Shown: positions 1 through 9,740 of the stretch, piece by piece | Numbering within the stretch: position 1 is the first letter of the stretch | How the letters are laid out: the number at the start of each line of letters is the position of its first letter | Sequence record: PQ480333.1 | Reading direction: 5' to 3' (one strand) | Source of the DNA: Escherichia phage NRG-P0074 | Length of the DNA: 64,000 nt | Made by a program: the position numbers and the translations under genes | The notes under the pieces: generated by a model | The model's database searches: none | What the model was told of the DNA's origin: nothing | What the model saw: the letters and a program-made list of their open reading frames with translations, nothing else

Positions 1-2
1 TC

Positions 3-491
3 AATGCCCAAACGGCGCCGTTGCCAGGTGTGAGAATTCCTGTTGTTGAAACTGTGACAGGCACAATGGGGTTAGGACGTGCAATGCGTGCAGGCACCAC
101 ATTTGAATATGACCCTTTTGTTGTACGATTTATAGTTGATGAAGACATGACGTCCTGGATGAACATGTATAAATGGATGCTCAGCACTAATAACTATATA
201 ACCGGACATAATACGGCCCACTCCGATGGTCCTGAGTTTGTTACTTTGCACATTTTAAACAACAATAAGACTGAAGTAGTTTTGACGGCAAATTTCTATA
301 AACCATGGATTTCCGATCTGAGCGAAATTGAATTTAGTTACACTGAAGATTCTGACCCTGCCGTTACGTGCGTAGCAACTATTCACTATGCGTATATGAC
401 GATAGAAAAGGATGGTGAAGTCATTGTATCTCAACAACCGCGTCAAGCGGTCGAATCTAAATCCATTTCTAGACACCCTTCCTTGCGTTAA
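3..491 (+). CDS. 3: tail completion / tail-tube terminator gp3-like protein (5' partial, start lies upstream of window)
   Basis: Frame is open from window edge to stop at 491; ends 54 bp before gene 1; identity by synteny with T4 (gene 3 upstream of gene 1) only. Confidence 0.5.
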   Translation, partial: NAQTAPLPGVRIPVVETVTGTMGLGRAMRAGTTFEYDPFVVRFIVDEDMTSWMNMYKWMLSTNNYITGHNTAHSDGPEFVTLHILNNNKTEVVLTANFYKPWISDLSEIEFSYTEDSDPAVTCVATIHYAYMTIEKDGEVIVSQQPRQAVESKSISRHPSLR

Positions 492-544
492 TCGCTTCTA
501 GCTCCGTATGTTATAATCACTCATAAATTATATGAGGAAAACCT

Positions 545-1279
545 ATGGAGCTAATCTTTTTAAGTGGCATCAAACGTAGTGGTAAAGACACTACTGCTGA
601 TTACATCAATTCAAACTTTAAATCCGTAAAATACCAATTGGCATATCCGATTAAAGACGCTCTAGCAATAGCCTGGGGACGTAAACATGCTGAAAACCCT
701 GATGTATTCACAGAGTTGAAATACGAATACTTTGAAGGTGTCGGATATGACCGTGAAACACCATTAAATCTCAATAAGTTGGATGTTATTGAATTAATGG
801 AAGAAGCGCTAATTTATTTACAAAGTCAATATTTACCAATTAATAATGTTAAAGTATTATCATCATTAGAAGGTGGATATTCATATCTAGATATTAAACC
901 ATATGAAGCCCTGCGTGAAGCTATAAATAATATCAACGACACATGGTCAATCCGCCGTCTTATGCAAGCCCTCGGTACGGATGTTGTCGTTAATTTATTT
1001 GACCGTATGTATTGGGTTAAACTTTTTGCATTAAACTATATGGATTATATTGGAAGTGATTTCGATTACTATGTTGTAACCGATACACGCCAAGTCCATG
1101 AAATGGAAACCGCCAGAGCGATGGGTGCTACAGTTATTCATGTGGTTCGCTCTGGTACGGAATCCACTGATAAACATATTACAGAAGCTGGGTTGCCTAT
1201 TGAAGAAGGCGATTTAGTTATTACAAACAACGGCTCTTTAGAAGAGCTTTATTCTAAAATTGAAACAATCTTAAGGTAA
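545..1279 (+). CDS. 1: deoxynucleoside monophosphate kinase gp1
   Basis: 244 aa; N-terminus MELIFLSGIKRSGKDTTADYI and DRMYWVKLFAL/ARAMGATVIHVVR match my memory of T4 gp1; RBS GAGGAAAA upstream. Confidence 0.95.
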   Translation: MELIFLSGIKRSGKDTTADYINSNFKSVKYQLAYPIKDALAIAWGRKHAENPDVFTELKYEYFEGVGYDRETPLNLNKLDVIELMEEALIYLQSQYLPINNVKVLSSLEGGYSYLDIKPYEALREAINNINDTWSIRRLMQALGTDVVVNLFDRMYWVKLFALNYMDYIGSDFDYYVVTDTRQVHEMETARAMGATVIHVVRSGTESTDKHITEAGLPIEEGDLVITNNGSLEELYSKIETILR

Positions 1280-1283
1280 TAAA

Positions 1284-1969
<686 letters not shown>

Positions 1970-1983
1970 TTTTCACAAAACAG

Positions 1984-2022
1984 TTTACATAAGGATGATG
2001 GTGTGATACTATCATCCTATCA
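1984..2022 (+). promoter_or_regulatory. early sigma70-type promoter (GTTTAC -35, GATACT -10) embedded in inverted repeat AGGATGAT/ATCATCCT
   Basis: GTTTAC at 1984-1989, -10-like at 2005-2010, palindrome 1993-2000/2012-2019; recurring architecture in this window. Confidence 0.5.
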
Positions 2023-2046
2023 AATAAACAACCTCAAGGAAATAAA

Positions 2047-2334
2047 ATGAAATCCTATAAAGAATTTATATCACCTGTTGCTAACGTTTCTACTCTGACC
2101 GAAGCAACCCTTACTTCTGAAGTTATTAAAGCAAATAAAGGACGTGAGGGTAAACCAATGATTAGTCTGGTTGACGGCGAAGAAGTAAAAGGTACTGTTT
2201 ACTTAGGGGATGGATGGTCTGCTAAGAAAGATGGCGCTACTATTGTTATCTCTCCGGCTGAAGAGACTGCACTGTTTAAAGCTAAGCATATTTCTGTAGC
2301 TCAGCTTAAAATTATTGCAAAAACTCTTCTGTAA
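2047..2334 (+). CDS. internal head protein (IpI-like) with capsid targeting sequence
   Basis: 95 aa; N-terminus MKSYKEFISPVANVSTLTE resembles T4 internal-protein capsid targeting sequence; position next to 57B as T4 ipI. Confidence 0.6.
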   Translation: MKSYKEFISPVANVSTLTEATLTSEVIKANKGREGKPMISLVDGEEVKGTVYLGDGWSAKKDGATIVISPAEETALFKAKHISVAQLKIIAKTLL

Positions 2335-2337
2335 GTA

Positions 2338-2375
2338 GTTTACATGCTGATAGGACTATGTTATAGTAGTCCTAT
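2338..2375 (+). promoter_or_regulatory. early promoter with palindromic -10 module ATAGGACTA-TGTTATAG-TAGTCCTAT
   Basis: GTTTAC 2338-2343; 9-bp perfect inverted repeat flanking TATAGT; same module recurs at 3633, 13903, 54980. Confidence 0.55.
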
Positions 2376-2395
2376 CAAATTAAATGGAGTCCACA

Positions 2396-2635
2396 ATGAT
2401 TTATTACGAAAGTATCGGAACTAAAGTGGTTGCTAAAACCATTACTCGTGAAAAGTTTGCAAAGATATTCGATATGCGTTATAAAAAATCTGAACACAAA
2501 GGCATCCGATTCGAAGATGCGCACTGTACAATTTGCCCTTATAATGAAGACATAAACGGTACAATCGTTCCATTGGTAGAAGCTTCACATGATGACCTCT
2601 GGGATGAATATAATATCGCATGTCGTGAAATTTAA
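2396..2635 (+). CDS. hypothetical protein
   Basis: ORF with GGAG 6 nt upstream of ATG 2396 (alternative ATG at 2384); Cys/His-containing small protein. Confidence 0.5.
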   Translation: MIYYESIGTKVVAKTITREKFAKIFDMRYKKSEHKGIRFEDAHCTICPYNEDINGTIVPLVEASHDDLWDEYNIACREI

Positions 2636-2663
2636 GTTAATGAATTAATCCGAGGAAAATATT

Positions 2664-3620
2664 ATGATGTTAGTTATTGGTTCTCGTGCACTTCACTATC
2701 ATGGTCTTATTGATTCTAGCGCTATCAAAAATAGCGATTGGGACTTTATTGCGGACCAAGGTTCTTGGAATGCATTCAAAAATCAAATGATGGGTGTATA
2801 TGTTCACCAAGATAACCCTGATGTTCAAGTTTTCAAATGCTTACATAATGGATGCGAAACTCATTTTGAAGCATATATTGTTCCGGCAATCACTAATGTC
2901 CGTGAATTAGTCGGTGAACTCACTCCTGAAGATTTCACGTCTTCTTATGACCTTTTAAAATACGCCAAGAAAAATTTGACTAAAGACTGTTTGAACGGGT
3001 TTTACTGGGCAACTCCTGAGATATGTCTTGCAATTAAGATGTCTCATCGTTTCAAGAAAAATAATCCATTCTTTTTAAAGACTATGAACCATATTCAGTA
3101 TCTTCGTGGTAAAGGTGTTACACTGAACGATGAACTTACTGAAATTATGCTGAAACGCCAGAAAGAAACCTTGAACTATGCTCACCCGGTTCTTGACACT
3201 TCTAAAAGTGCGTTCTTTAAAGATGACATCTATACATATGACCACGATACTATTCATGAAGCCATTGCACTAACAGACCGTCCAGCTTATACATTTTACA
3301 TGAAAGATGGTTCTGAAGTCATGACCTCACGTGAGAAGTTCGAATCATTACCAGAAATGGTCAAATTGGCTGGTGTATACGAAGAATCATGTGTACTAGC
3401 ATTAGAACGTTCTCAAATTCCTAATGACTTTAAAATTAACCCTGAAGCCAGTTTCATGATGGCATTAGAAAAAGTCTGCACAAGCATCACCTCCGGTTGG
3501 TTCCGTGAATACGCCTGGGAAAACTACAGCAAAGTAGTAAGTATGTACCAAAGCTTAGGACATGACGATTACGTCAAACGTTTCAAACAAAATTTCCATA
3601 TGGTAAAACCTTTCAAATAA
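2664..3620 (+). CDS. hypothetical protein (weak nucleotidyltransferase-like GS...DWD motif)
   Basis: 318 aa ORF with RBS GAGGAAAA; N-terminal IGSRALHYHG...SDWDF only loosely fits pol-beta NTase motif. Confidence 0.55.
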   Translation: MMLVIGSRALHYHGLIDSSAIKNSDWDFIADQGSWNAFKNQMMGVYVHQDNPDVQVFKCLHNGCETHFEAYIVPAITNVRELVGELTPEDFTSSYDLLKYAKKNLTKDCLNGFYWATPEICLAIKMSHRFKKNNPFFLKTMNHIQYLRGKGVTLNDELTEIMLKRQKETLNYAHPVLDTSKSAFFKDDIYTYDHDTIHEAIALTDRPAYTFYMKDGSEVMTSREKFESLPEMVKLAGVYEESCVLALERSQIPNDFKINPEASFMMALEKVCTSITSGWFREYAWENYSKVVSMYQSLGHDDYVKRFKQNFHMVKPFK

Positions 3621-3632
3621 TTTCGCAAAACT

Positions 3633-3670
3633 GTTTACACAATTATAGGACTATGTTACAGTAGTCCTAT
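3633..3670 (+). promoter_or_regulatory. early promoter with ATAGGACTA/TAGTCCTAT palindrome
   Basis: GTTTAC 3633-3638; ATAGGACTATGTTACAGTAGTCCTAT 3645-3670; RBS GAGGAG follows. Confidence 0.55.
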
Positions 3671-3690
3671 TAAAACATGAGGAGAATATT

Positions 3691-3996
3691 ATGAAATTAG
3701 GCGAAACCAACCGAATTGGTCTTTTAACAATATTTGCATCACTTTTTTACGCAGCTCTTTCTGTTGCAGTATTACAAAAGGCTTACAGTATGGATGGTGT
3801 TCCTGGTTTTGTATTCTTATCACCATTTTTGCTATTCGTTGGAGCTTTGTTATTATATGCCACGACTAGTTTCGACCATAATGTCTGGGTCAATTATAAA
3901 CGTAAATTGTCCGAAGAAGAACACGCAGAAGCTCGTAAAAAAGCTATTGAATCTACCAATCTAGAAAATTTCATTAAAGAATGTCGAGGAAAATAA
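3691..3996 (+). CDS. hypothetical membrane protein
   Basis: 101 aa; two hydrophobic helices (LLTIFASLFYAALSVAVL, FLSPFLLFVGALLLYA); RBS GAGGAG. Confidence 0.55.
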   Translation: MKLGETNRIGLLTIFASLFYAALSVAVLQKAYSMDGVPGFVFLSPFLLFVGALLLYATTSFDHNVWVNYKRKLSEEEHAEARKKAIESTNLENFIKECRGK

Positions 3997-3997
3997 T

Positions 3998-4684
3998 ATG
4001 AATAGTTCTAAAGTGTTTAATAGTCAAGCTCGTGCAGTAGGTGGTTTTGCTCATGCGATTAAAAACGACCAGATTAAAAACGAGCCTATGTTCTTTAACT
4101 GCGATTTGAATTTTGCTTTTGATAATGGCGGCCCAATTACTCGTAGCTTTATCCAAAATCTTCCTGACGATTGGAAAGACTCGGATGTAGTATTTGATTC
4201 ACGAGTTCACATGCTGATGCCTGGTTGGTACCCTGCTATTCCTGGATATCACCATGACGATGTTCCACGCCCTGATATTCCAACAGGACAACATTTTATT
4301 ACTGCAGGACAACCTGACTATGACAACCCTCGTTACCATTCTGAACATATTCTTGGTCTTGTTAACGCTGATGTGTGTCCTACTCATTTTGCAACAGGAA
4401 CTGCAGAGTTCAGTCAGATTCCTGATGGCGAACTTATCTATCGCCAGTGGCACAAAGAAGTCCTAGAAAAAATCGAAAAAGGCGAACTAGAGAAATGGGA
4501 AGCTCCAGATCGTACTCTTCTTCAGTTTGATTGGCAAACATGGCACACTGGTTCTCGTGCAATTAGTAACGGATGGCGTTGGTTCGGACGTGTATCTCGT
4601 AATACAGACCGAGTTAAAAAGATTACCAATGAAATTCGTGTCAATGCCCAAGTTTATCTGGAATTCCCTATGGAAGGTTGGTAA
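3998..4684 (+). CDS. hypothetical protein
   Basis: 228 aa ORF, coupled to upstream gene; His/Asp-rich segment (GYHHDDV...HSEH). Confidence 0.55.
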   Translation: MNSSKVFNSQARAVGGFAHAIKNDQIKNEPMFFNCDLNFAFDNGGPITRSFIQNLPDDWKDSDVVFDSRVHMLMPGWYPAIPGYHHDDVPRPDIPTGQHFITAGQPDYDNPRYHSEHILGLVNADVCPTHFATGTAEFSQIPDGELIYRQWHKEVLEKIEKGELEKWEAPDRTLLQFDWQTWHTGSRAISNGWRWFGRVSRNTDRVKKITNEIRVNAQVYLEFPMEGW

Positions 4685-5175
4685 TGATTAACAAAACATA
4701 TTGGTCTAATATAGACGATGGCGACGAAGGTATTTCGTATTATTCGGTAGATTGGACAGGATGTCCATCCTACTTAGTGAAACATATTTGCCAAGAATTT
4801 AAAATCGACCAGCCAGCAGGTATTATCGTGAACAGATACATTAATGGATATCAACCTATCGATGAAGTAATACGAACAACTCAAGCTGAGCTTGAAAAGT
4901 TTTTCAATAAGTGCCAATGGATAACAGGATGGATTATATTTGTACCGTCAGTATGGTTTTTTAGTACTAAAGTAAGTGCCTTTGCTATACTAGATATTAT
5001 CGCTATCTTATTAGCATCTACTATCGTAAGTATTATTGGTGGTATTATTGGTGGAGGTACTGTAGGCATCATTATTAATCTTGTTAAAAGTAGTTTACAA
5101 GAACATAAAGACAAGATAAAAGCCAAGAATAATGAAGTTGAACGTTTTATTACCGAATGCAGGAATTTGAGATGA
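4684..5175 (+). CDS. hypothetical membrane protein with glycine-zipper segment
   Basis: TAATG overlap start; hydrophobic stretch IIGGIIGGGTVGIIINL. Confidence 0.55.
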   Translation: MINKTYWSNIDDGDEGISYYSVDWTGCPSYLVKHICQEFKIDQPAGIIVNRYINGYQPIDEVIRTTQAELEKFFNKCQWITGWIIFVPSVWFFSTKVSAFAILDIIAILLASTIVSIIGGIIGGGTVGIIINLVKSSLQEHKDKIKAKNNEVERFITECRNLR

Positions 5176-5408
5176 GTATAGCAATTTACATTAAATCAGA
5201 ATCATGTGATAGTTATCTGTACACATACGATAAAGATGTGTCAGAAGAAAAAATCAAAGACGATCTTAATATGGACCTTGATATGTTCTGTCCTATTGCA
5301 GATTACAAACTTGCGGTCTCTAATAGTGAAAGTCCATCTAAAGAAACGCGCATCGAAGAATTTATGTCCGAATTAATGGCCAAATCATGGGGCCGAGATG
5401 ATGAGTAA
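5172..5408 (+). CDS. hypothetical acidic protein
   Basis: ATGA overlap with upstream stop; 78 aa. Confidence 0.45.
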   Translation: MSIAIYIKSESCDSYLYTYDKDVSEEKIKDDLNMDLDMFCPIADYKLAVSNSESPSKETRIEEFMSELMAKSWGRDDE

Positions 5409-5856
5409 GAAAAATAAAGTGAAAGAACTATCAGCCGGTATTATTTTCCTTACCGAAGATAAAGAATTATTCATGGGGCGTGTAACTGGTTCTCGTCCTA
5501 AAGGTTCTTTAGCTCATCGGTGGGATATTCCTAAAGGCCGTGTCGAACCTGGCGAATCTCCTATTGAAGCCGCTATTCGTGAATGCGAAGAAGAAACTGG
5601 GTTTACACAATATGACCCTGCCTTCCTGAAAGACCTAGGTGAACATCATTACTCAGACAATAAGAATATTCATCTGTTCTTATATACCATCCCTGTAGAG
5701 CACGAGCAATTCAGAAATAGTGTTTGTAATTCCTATCATACATTCCCAGACGGACGTCAGATTCCTGAATTTGATGCATTCGCTTTAATTAAACCTTCTC
5801 AATGGGAATATGTAATGGGCAAATCATTATATAAGGTGCTCACTACCCTCCTATAA
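5398..5856 (+). CDS. nudE: Nudix hydrolase NudE
   Basis: Nudix box GRVEPGESPIEAAIRECEEETGF; located immediately upstream of e as T4 e.1/nudE. Confidence 0.85.
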   Translation: MMSKKNKVKELSAGIIFLTEDKELFMGRVTGSRPKGSLAHRWDIPKGRVEPGESPIEAAIRECEEETGFTQYDPAFLKDLGEHHYSDNKNIHLFLYTIPVEHEQFRNSVCNSYHTFPDGRQIPEFDAFALIKPSQWEYVMGKSLYKVLTTLL

Positions 5857-5857
5857 G

Positions 5858-5887
5858 TAATAAATACCTCCTATAAACGTGGGAGGT
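5858..5887 (+). promoter_or_regulatory. late-promoter-like boxes plus hairpin sequestering the e RBS
   Basis: AATAAATAC (5860-5868) and TATAAACG (5872-5879) resemble T4 late TATAAATA; ACCTCC 5866-5871 pairs with GGAGGT 5882-5887 (the SD of e). Confidence 0.45.
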
Positions 5888-5890
5888 ATT

Positions 5891-6379
5891 ATGAATATAT
5901 TTGAAATGCTTCGTAATGACGAAGGTCTTAGACTGACTTTATACAAAGACACTGAAGGCTTTTGGACGATTGGCATAGGCCATTTAGTAACAAAGAACCC
6001 GTCTTTAGCCGTAGCTAAAGCTGAACTTGACAGAATGATCGGACGTAAATGCAACGGTACAATTACCCTTGATGAGGCTGAAAAGCTATTTAATGAAGAC
6101 GTTGATAAAGCCGTTCGCGGAATCTTGGGTAATGCTAAACTTAAACCGGTATATGATTCTTTAGATGCAGTTCGTCGGTGTGCATTGGTCAATATGGTCT
6201 TCCAAATGGGTGTAGCAGGAGTCGCCGGTTTTACTAATTCTCTTCGTATGCTTCAACAGAAACGTTGGGATGAAGCGGCAGTAAATCTAGCCCAATCTAA
6301 ATGGTATCGTCAGACACCTAATCGCGCGAAACGCGTAATCTCAACATTTAAAACAGGAACTTGGAAAGCGTATATATGA
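5891..6379 (+). CDS. e: endolysin (T4 lysozyme e)
   Basis: [32 protein letters not shown]... near-identical in pattern to T4 lysozyme; SD GGAGG 5 nt upstream. Confidence 0.97.
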   Translation: MNIFEMLRNDEGLRLTLYKDTEGFWTIGIGHLVTKNPSLAVAKAELDRMIGRKCNGTITLDEAEKLFNEDVDKAVRGILGNAKLKPVYDSLDAVRRCALVNMVFQMGVAGVAGFTNSLRMLQQKRWDEAAVNLAQSKWYRQTPNRAKRVISTFKTGTWKAYI

Positions 6380-6657
6380 AAACATATAGTGAATTTTTAT
6401 CAGAATCTATTCTTAACGAAGCTACTGACACATTTGCAACTAAGCTAGGTGCAGCTTTGGTTGAAGCTGAAAGTCTATTAGCACGTATTTCTGAACTTGC
6501 TAGTAAGATAGATACTCGCAAATTTGAACGTACCAGCGATATCGCTAAGCTTGAAGCTTTGTTACGTATGTGCGATAAACCGGAAGAAATCGCTAAGAAC
6601 GGCTCGTTAATGAAACAACGTCTTGAAAAATATATTTCAGGCGCTTCAGAAAAATAG
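6376..6657 (+). CDS. internal head protein with capsid targeting sequence
   Basis: ATGA overlap with e stop; N-terminus [15 protein letters not shown] resembles T4 capsid targeting sequence. Confidence 0.6.
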   Translation: MKTYSEFLSESILNEATDTFATKLGAALVEAESLLARISELASKIDTRKFERTSDIAKLEALLRMCDKPEEIAKNGSLMKQRLEKYISGASEK

Positions 6658-6658
6658 T

Positions 6659-6713
6659 GTTTACTTCCTCCAAGGACTTTGATACTATACATTCATCAAC
6701 TACTTGGAGGAAA
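6659..6713 (+). promoter_or_regulatory. early promoter flanked by 10-bp inverted repeat TTCCTCCAAG/CTTGGAGGAA that includes the denV RBS
   Basis: GTTTAC 6659-6664; -10-like GATACTATA; right arm 6704-6713 contains GGAGG for ATG 6716. Confidence 0.5.
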
Positions 6714-6715
6714 TT

Positions 6716-7129
6716 ATGACTCGTATCAATTTAACACTTGTTTCTGAACTGTCCGACCAACATCTTATGGCTGAGTATCGTGAATTACCACGCGTATTTG
6801 GTGCAGTCCGTAAACATGTTCAAAACGGTAAACGTGTAAAGGATTTTAAAATCTCTCCAACATTTATCTTAGGCACAGGTCACGTAACATTCTTTTACGA
6901 CAAACTCGAATTTTTACGTTTACGTCAAATCGAGCTAATCGCTGAATGTTTGAAACGTGGTTTCAAAATCAAGGACACGACAGTCCAGGATATTTCCGAC
7001 ATCCCTGCCGAATTTCGTAATAATTATGTCCCGTCCGAAGCGTCCATTGCGATAAGTCAAGCACGCTTAGATGAAAAAATTGCTCAACGTCCGACTTGGT
7101 ACAAATACTATGGTAAATCAATTTACTAA
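6716..7129 (+). CDS. denV: endonuclease V (pyrimidine dimer DNA glycosylase/AP lyase)
   Basis: [35 protein letters not shown]... matches T4 DenV as I recall it. Confidence 0.95.
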   Translation: MTRINLTLVSELSDQHLMAEYRELPRVFGAVRKHVQNGKRVKDFKISPTFILGTGHVTFFYDKLEFLRLRQIELIAECLKRGFKIKDTTVQDISDIPAEFRNNYVPSEASIAISQARLDEKIAQRPTWYKYYGKSIY

Positions 7130-7135
7130 GGAAAA

Positions 7136-7396
7136 ATGAAAATGTATCAAGAATTTATCATTGAAGCAGATGCCAAAGGTCCTAAATTTAAAGTTAAAGC
7201 TTTCATTGGTGATGCGGAAGACTTTGGCTCATTAAAACGTAATGGGTATTCTTTCTTAGGTGGCGATGGTAAAGAAATCAACACCTATGCAAAACGTAGT
7301 GAAATTGCTTATGTTGTAGCAAGTCCTAAAGTAGATGTTGACGATATTGGATATGATTTTAACAACTTCGGAATTATTTCTGGCGGTAAAGCTTAA
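7136..7396 (+). CDS. internal head protein with capsid targeting sequence
   Basis: N-terminus MKMYQEFIIEA; 86 aa. Confidence 0.6.
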   Translation: MKMYQEFIIEADAKGPKFKVKAFIGDAEDFGSLKRNGYSFLGGDGKEINTYAKRSEIAYVVASPKVDVDDIGYDFNNFGIISGGKA

Positions 7397-7399
7397 ATT

Positions 7400-7429
7400 G
7401 TTTACGCTTAAGTATTAATATGGTATAAT
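7400..7429 (+). promoter_or_regulatory. early sigma70-type promoter
   Basis: GTTTAC 7400-7405, 18-bp spacer, TATAAT 7424-7429. Confidence 0.55.
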
Positions 7430-7459
7430 TACTCTATCAAAACAAACAAGGAAACAAAA

Positions 7460-7774
7460 ATGAAAACGTATAAAGAATTTATTGCAGAATCCGCCAACCA
7501 ACGCGTTGAAGGTGGTTATATTTGGATTGAACAAGTTGAGCCACCGAGCCGCACTTCTACAGGTAAATGGAAAATTACTGTTGACGGTCCTGGTGGTAAA
7601 CGTAGGACTCTTAAAGAAATTAATGGGTACTATGAAGAAGCTCTTTCGGATGCAGGAACTTACATGATGCAAATCATGATTAAAAACCCTGAAAACCGTT
7701 TTGCAGCTAAAGTCTTCCGTCGTATTGGTAATAAACTTTATGATGCATACTCTAAAAACTTCCCTAAAGAATAA
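7460..7774 (+). CDS. internal head protein with capsid targeting sequence
   Basis: N-terminus MKTYKEFIAESA; 104 aa. Confidence 0.65.
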   Translation: MKTYKEFIAESANQRVEGGYIWIEQVEPPSRTSTGKWKITVDGPGGKRRTLKEINGYYEEALSDAGTYMMQIMIKNPENRFAAKVFRRIGNKLYDAYSKNFPKE

Positions 7775-7799
7775 CATAAATTAAAACAATAGGAACAAA

Positions 7800-8129
7800 A
7801 TGAAAACATATCAGGAGTTTATCACTGAAGTTACATTATCTGCGGAACAGAAAGCTGCTATCGAAGAAGGTAAAAATCCCAAAGTAACATACAAAGTAAA
7901 TAGTAAAGGCGTTTTTGATGGCTTGGTTCAAGACCCTGAATTGAAAAAAGCTCTTTCTAAAACTAATGCGTACTTTGCTCCTAAATTTAACACAGCCGGT
8001 GTACTTATTGGATTGGATGTATTCAACTCTAAAGGTGTTCTATCTAATGCCTTTGGTTATGCCGCTAACAAAATTACCAAAGCCGCATGGGAATCCAATA
8101 CCAAACAAGCTCAAAAGCCTAGAGTATAA
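7800..8129 (+). CDS. internal head protein with capsid targeting sequence
   Basis: N-terminus MKTYQEFITEV; 109 aa. Confidence 0.65.
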   Translation: MKTYQEFITEVTLSAEQKAAIEEGKNPKVTYKVNSKGVFDGLVQDPELKKALSKTNAYFAPKFNTAGVLIGLDVFNSKGVLSNAFGYAANKITKAAWESNTKQAQKPRV

Positions 8130-8302
8130 TTCTTGCCTAATAAAGGGAAACGCAACCTCTCCTCATGAACGTCGAGTCCTCTGAGTGATGTACCTTTTCC
8201 AACCTGTAATAAGGTCGAGCGCAATGCGGTAATGGGTTTACATAGCGAGTCGAAGGACCTAACATGTGCCACGGAATGGCCCCAACCTAAAAGAGAAACT
8301 AA

Positions 8303-8842
8303 ATGAGAACATTTTTAACTGGACCTTATCTATCCCTGATGAATGCTTTTACACACCATTCTGATGCTAGAGTAGAAGAAATTTGTAAGAACGGTTATAT
8401 CCCACCGTTTGAAGACGTACTCAAGCAGTACTGTACACTTCGTTTAGACGGCGGCAGACAATCAGGTAAATCGACCGCAGTAACTAATTTTGCTGCTAAT
8501 TGGCTGTATGATGGTGGAACAGTTATTGTTCTTTCTAATACTTCAGCTTATGCTAAAATTTCTGCTGGCAACATTGAAAAAGAATTTTCTCGTTATTCTA
8601 GCGATGATATTCGATTCCGTTTATTTACTGATTCTGTTCGTAGTTTTATTGGCAATGAAGGTTCTAAATTCCGTGGATTAACGCTTTCTCGTATTCTGTA
8701 TATAATTGACGAGCCTATTAAAGCTCCTGATATGGATAAGATTTACAATGTCCACATTAAAACAGTACAGCACTGCTGCAAAAGCAAATATTGCATCGGC
8801 GGTAATGCTCGTCCTCAATTTTTTGTGATTGGAATGCAATGA
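8303..8842 (+). CDS. hypothetical P-loop NTPase
   Basis: Walker A GGRQSGKST and Walker B-like LYIIDEP; 179 aa. Confidence 0.55.
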   Translation: MRTFLTGPYLSLMNAFTHHSDARVEEICKNGYIPPFEDVLKQYCTLRLDGGRQSGKSTAVTNFAANWLYDGGTVIVLSNTSAYAKISAGNIEKEFSRYSSDDIRFRLFTDSVRSFIGNEGSKFRGLTLSRILYIIDEPIKAPDMDKIYNVHIKTVQHCCKSKYCIGGNARPQFFVIGMQ

Positions 8843-9147
8843 TGACCACTATTGAAGTTTTTGAGTATTGTTATAACAGCCCAGTATGCAATAAAAGGGC
8901 TCTTGTAGAAAATTACGAGATTTACCATTTTAAACCTAAACGATATCGTTTGACTAAAGGTCCGTTCGCAGGGCAGCAGGTTCTTTGTACTGCTCCTAAT
9001 GCACGGTTGATGACTAGTATTCCGCATTTCAAAATGGAATTTATTGATGGGCCATTTAAGGGATTAATCACTCAAAGTTTAATGGCGTTTAATTCCGACC
9101 CATTTTTGATTAAAGAAAAATCTTGGATAAATTTATTTTCTAATTGA
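8839..9147 (+). CDS. hypothetical protein
   Basis: ATGA-coupled ORF, 102 aa. Confidence 0.5.
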   Translation: MMTTIEVFEYCYNSPVCNKRALVENYEIYHFKPKRYRLTKGPFAGQQVLCTAPNARLMTSIPHFKMEFIDGPFKGLITQSLMAFNSDPFLIKEKSWINLFSN

Positions 9148-9153
9148 GGTTAT

Positions 9154-9516
9154 ATGAAAGCATATCAAATTCTTGAAGGTGCACATAAAGGCACTATTTA
9201 TTTTGAAGACGGTACTCAAGCCCGGATTATTGTCTCTAAGACTTTTAAAGAAGACACTATTGTAGACCCGGAAATTTTCTACGGTTTGCATGCCCGTGAA
9301 ATTGAAATTGAACATCAACCTAAAGTTAAAATTGAAGGTGGTCAACATCTGAACGTTAACGTTCTGCGTCGCGAAACTCTGGAAGATGCAGTTAAACATC
9401 CGGAAAAATATCCGCAGCTGACCATCCGTGTATCTGGTTATGCAGTTCGCTTTAACTCTCTGACTCCGGAACAGCAGCGCGACGTTATCGCTCGTACCTT
9501 TACTGAGAGTCTATAA
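9154..9516 (+). CDS. autonomous glycyl radical cofactor (GrcA/YfiD-like; T4 Y06I-like)
   Basis: C-terminal glycyl-radical domain with [25 protein letters not shown] motif. Confidence 0.85.
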   Translation: MKAYQILEGAHKGTIYFEDGTQARIIVSKTFKEDTIVDPEIFYGLHAREIEIEHQPKVKIEGGQHLNVNVLRRETLEDAVKHPEKYPQLTIRVSGYAVRFNSLTPEQQRDVIARTFTESL

Positions 9517-9740
9517 TGGCTAAATTGATTATAGAAGGGTCTGAAGATGTTTTAAAATGTTTTGCCGCCTGGTTTAGTTGCTCAGGCGAGCAATCATTCA
9601 TTGAAGCATTTAGAATGGGTGATATTACTGGAAACTATCCGACAACTGATATCACTGTACATGGATATGGTATTAATGAGCCTATCCAATTGGTCGAATA
9701 TGACCTTGCCACTGATGAGGAAATTCCTTATGTCGATTGA
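9516..9740 (+). CDS. hypothetical protein
   Basis: 74 aa ORF coupled to upstream gene. Confidence 0.45.
   Translation: MAKLIIEGSEDVLKCFAAWFSCSGEQSFIEAFRMGDITGNYPTTDITVHGYGINEPIQLVEYDLATDEEIPYVD

Noticed and set aside
2664-3620. Possible nucleotidyltransferase assignment for the 318-aa protein
   Set aside because: The GS...DWD spacing (17 residues) is longer than typical pol-beta NTase motifs; left as hypothetical.
2335-5856. Expected tRNA cluster between ipI and e, as in T4
   Set aside because: The interval is fully packed with protein-coding ORFs and I found no cloverleaf-like segment with a GTTCRANYC T-loop in any intergenic gap; no tRNA called. A covariance-model scan would be needed to be sure.
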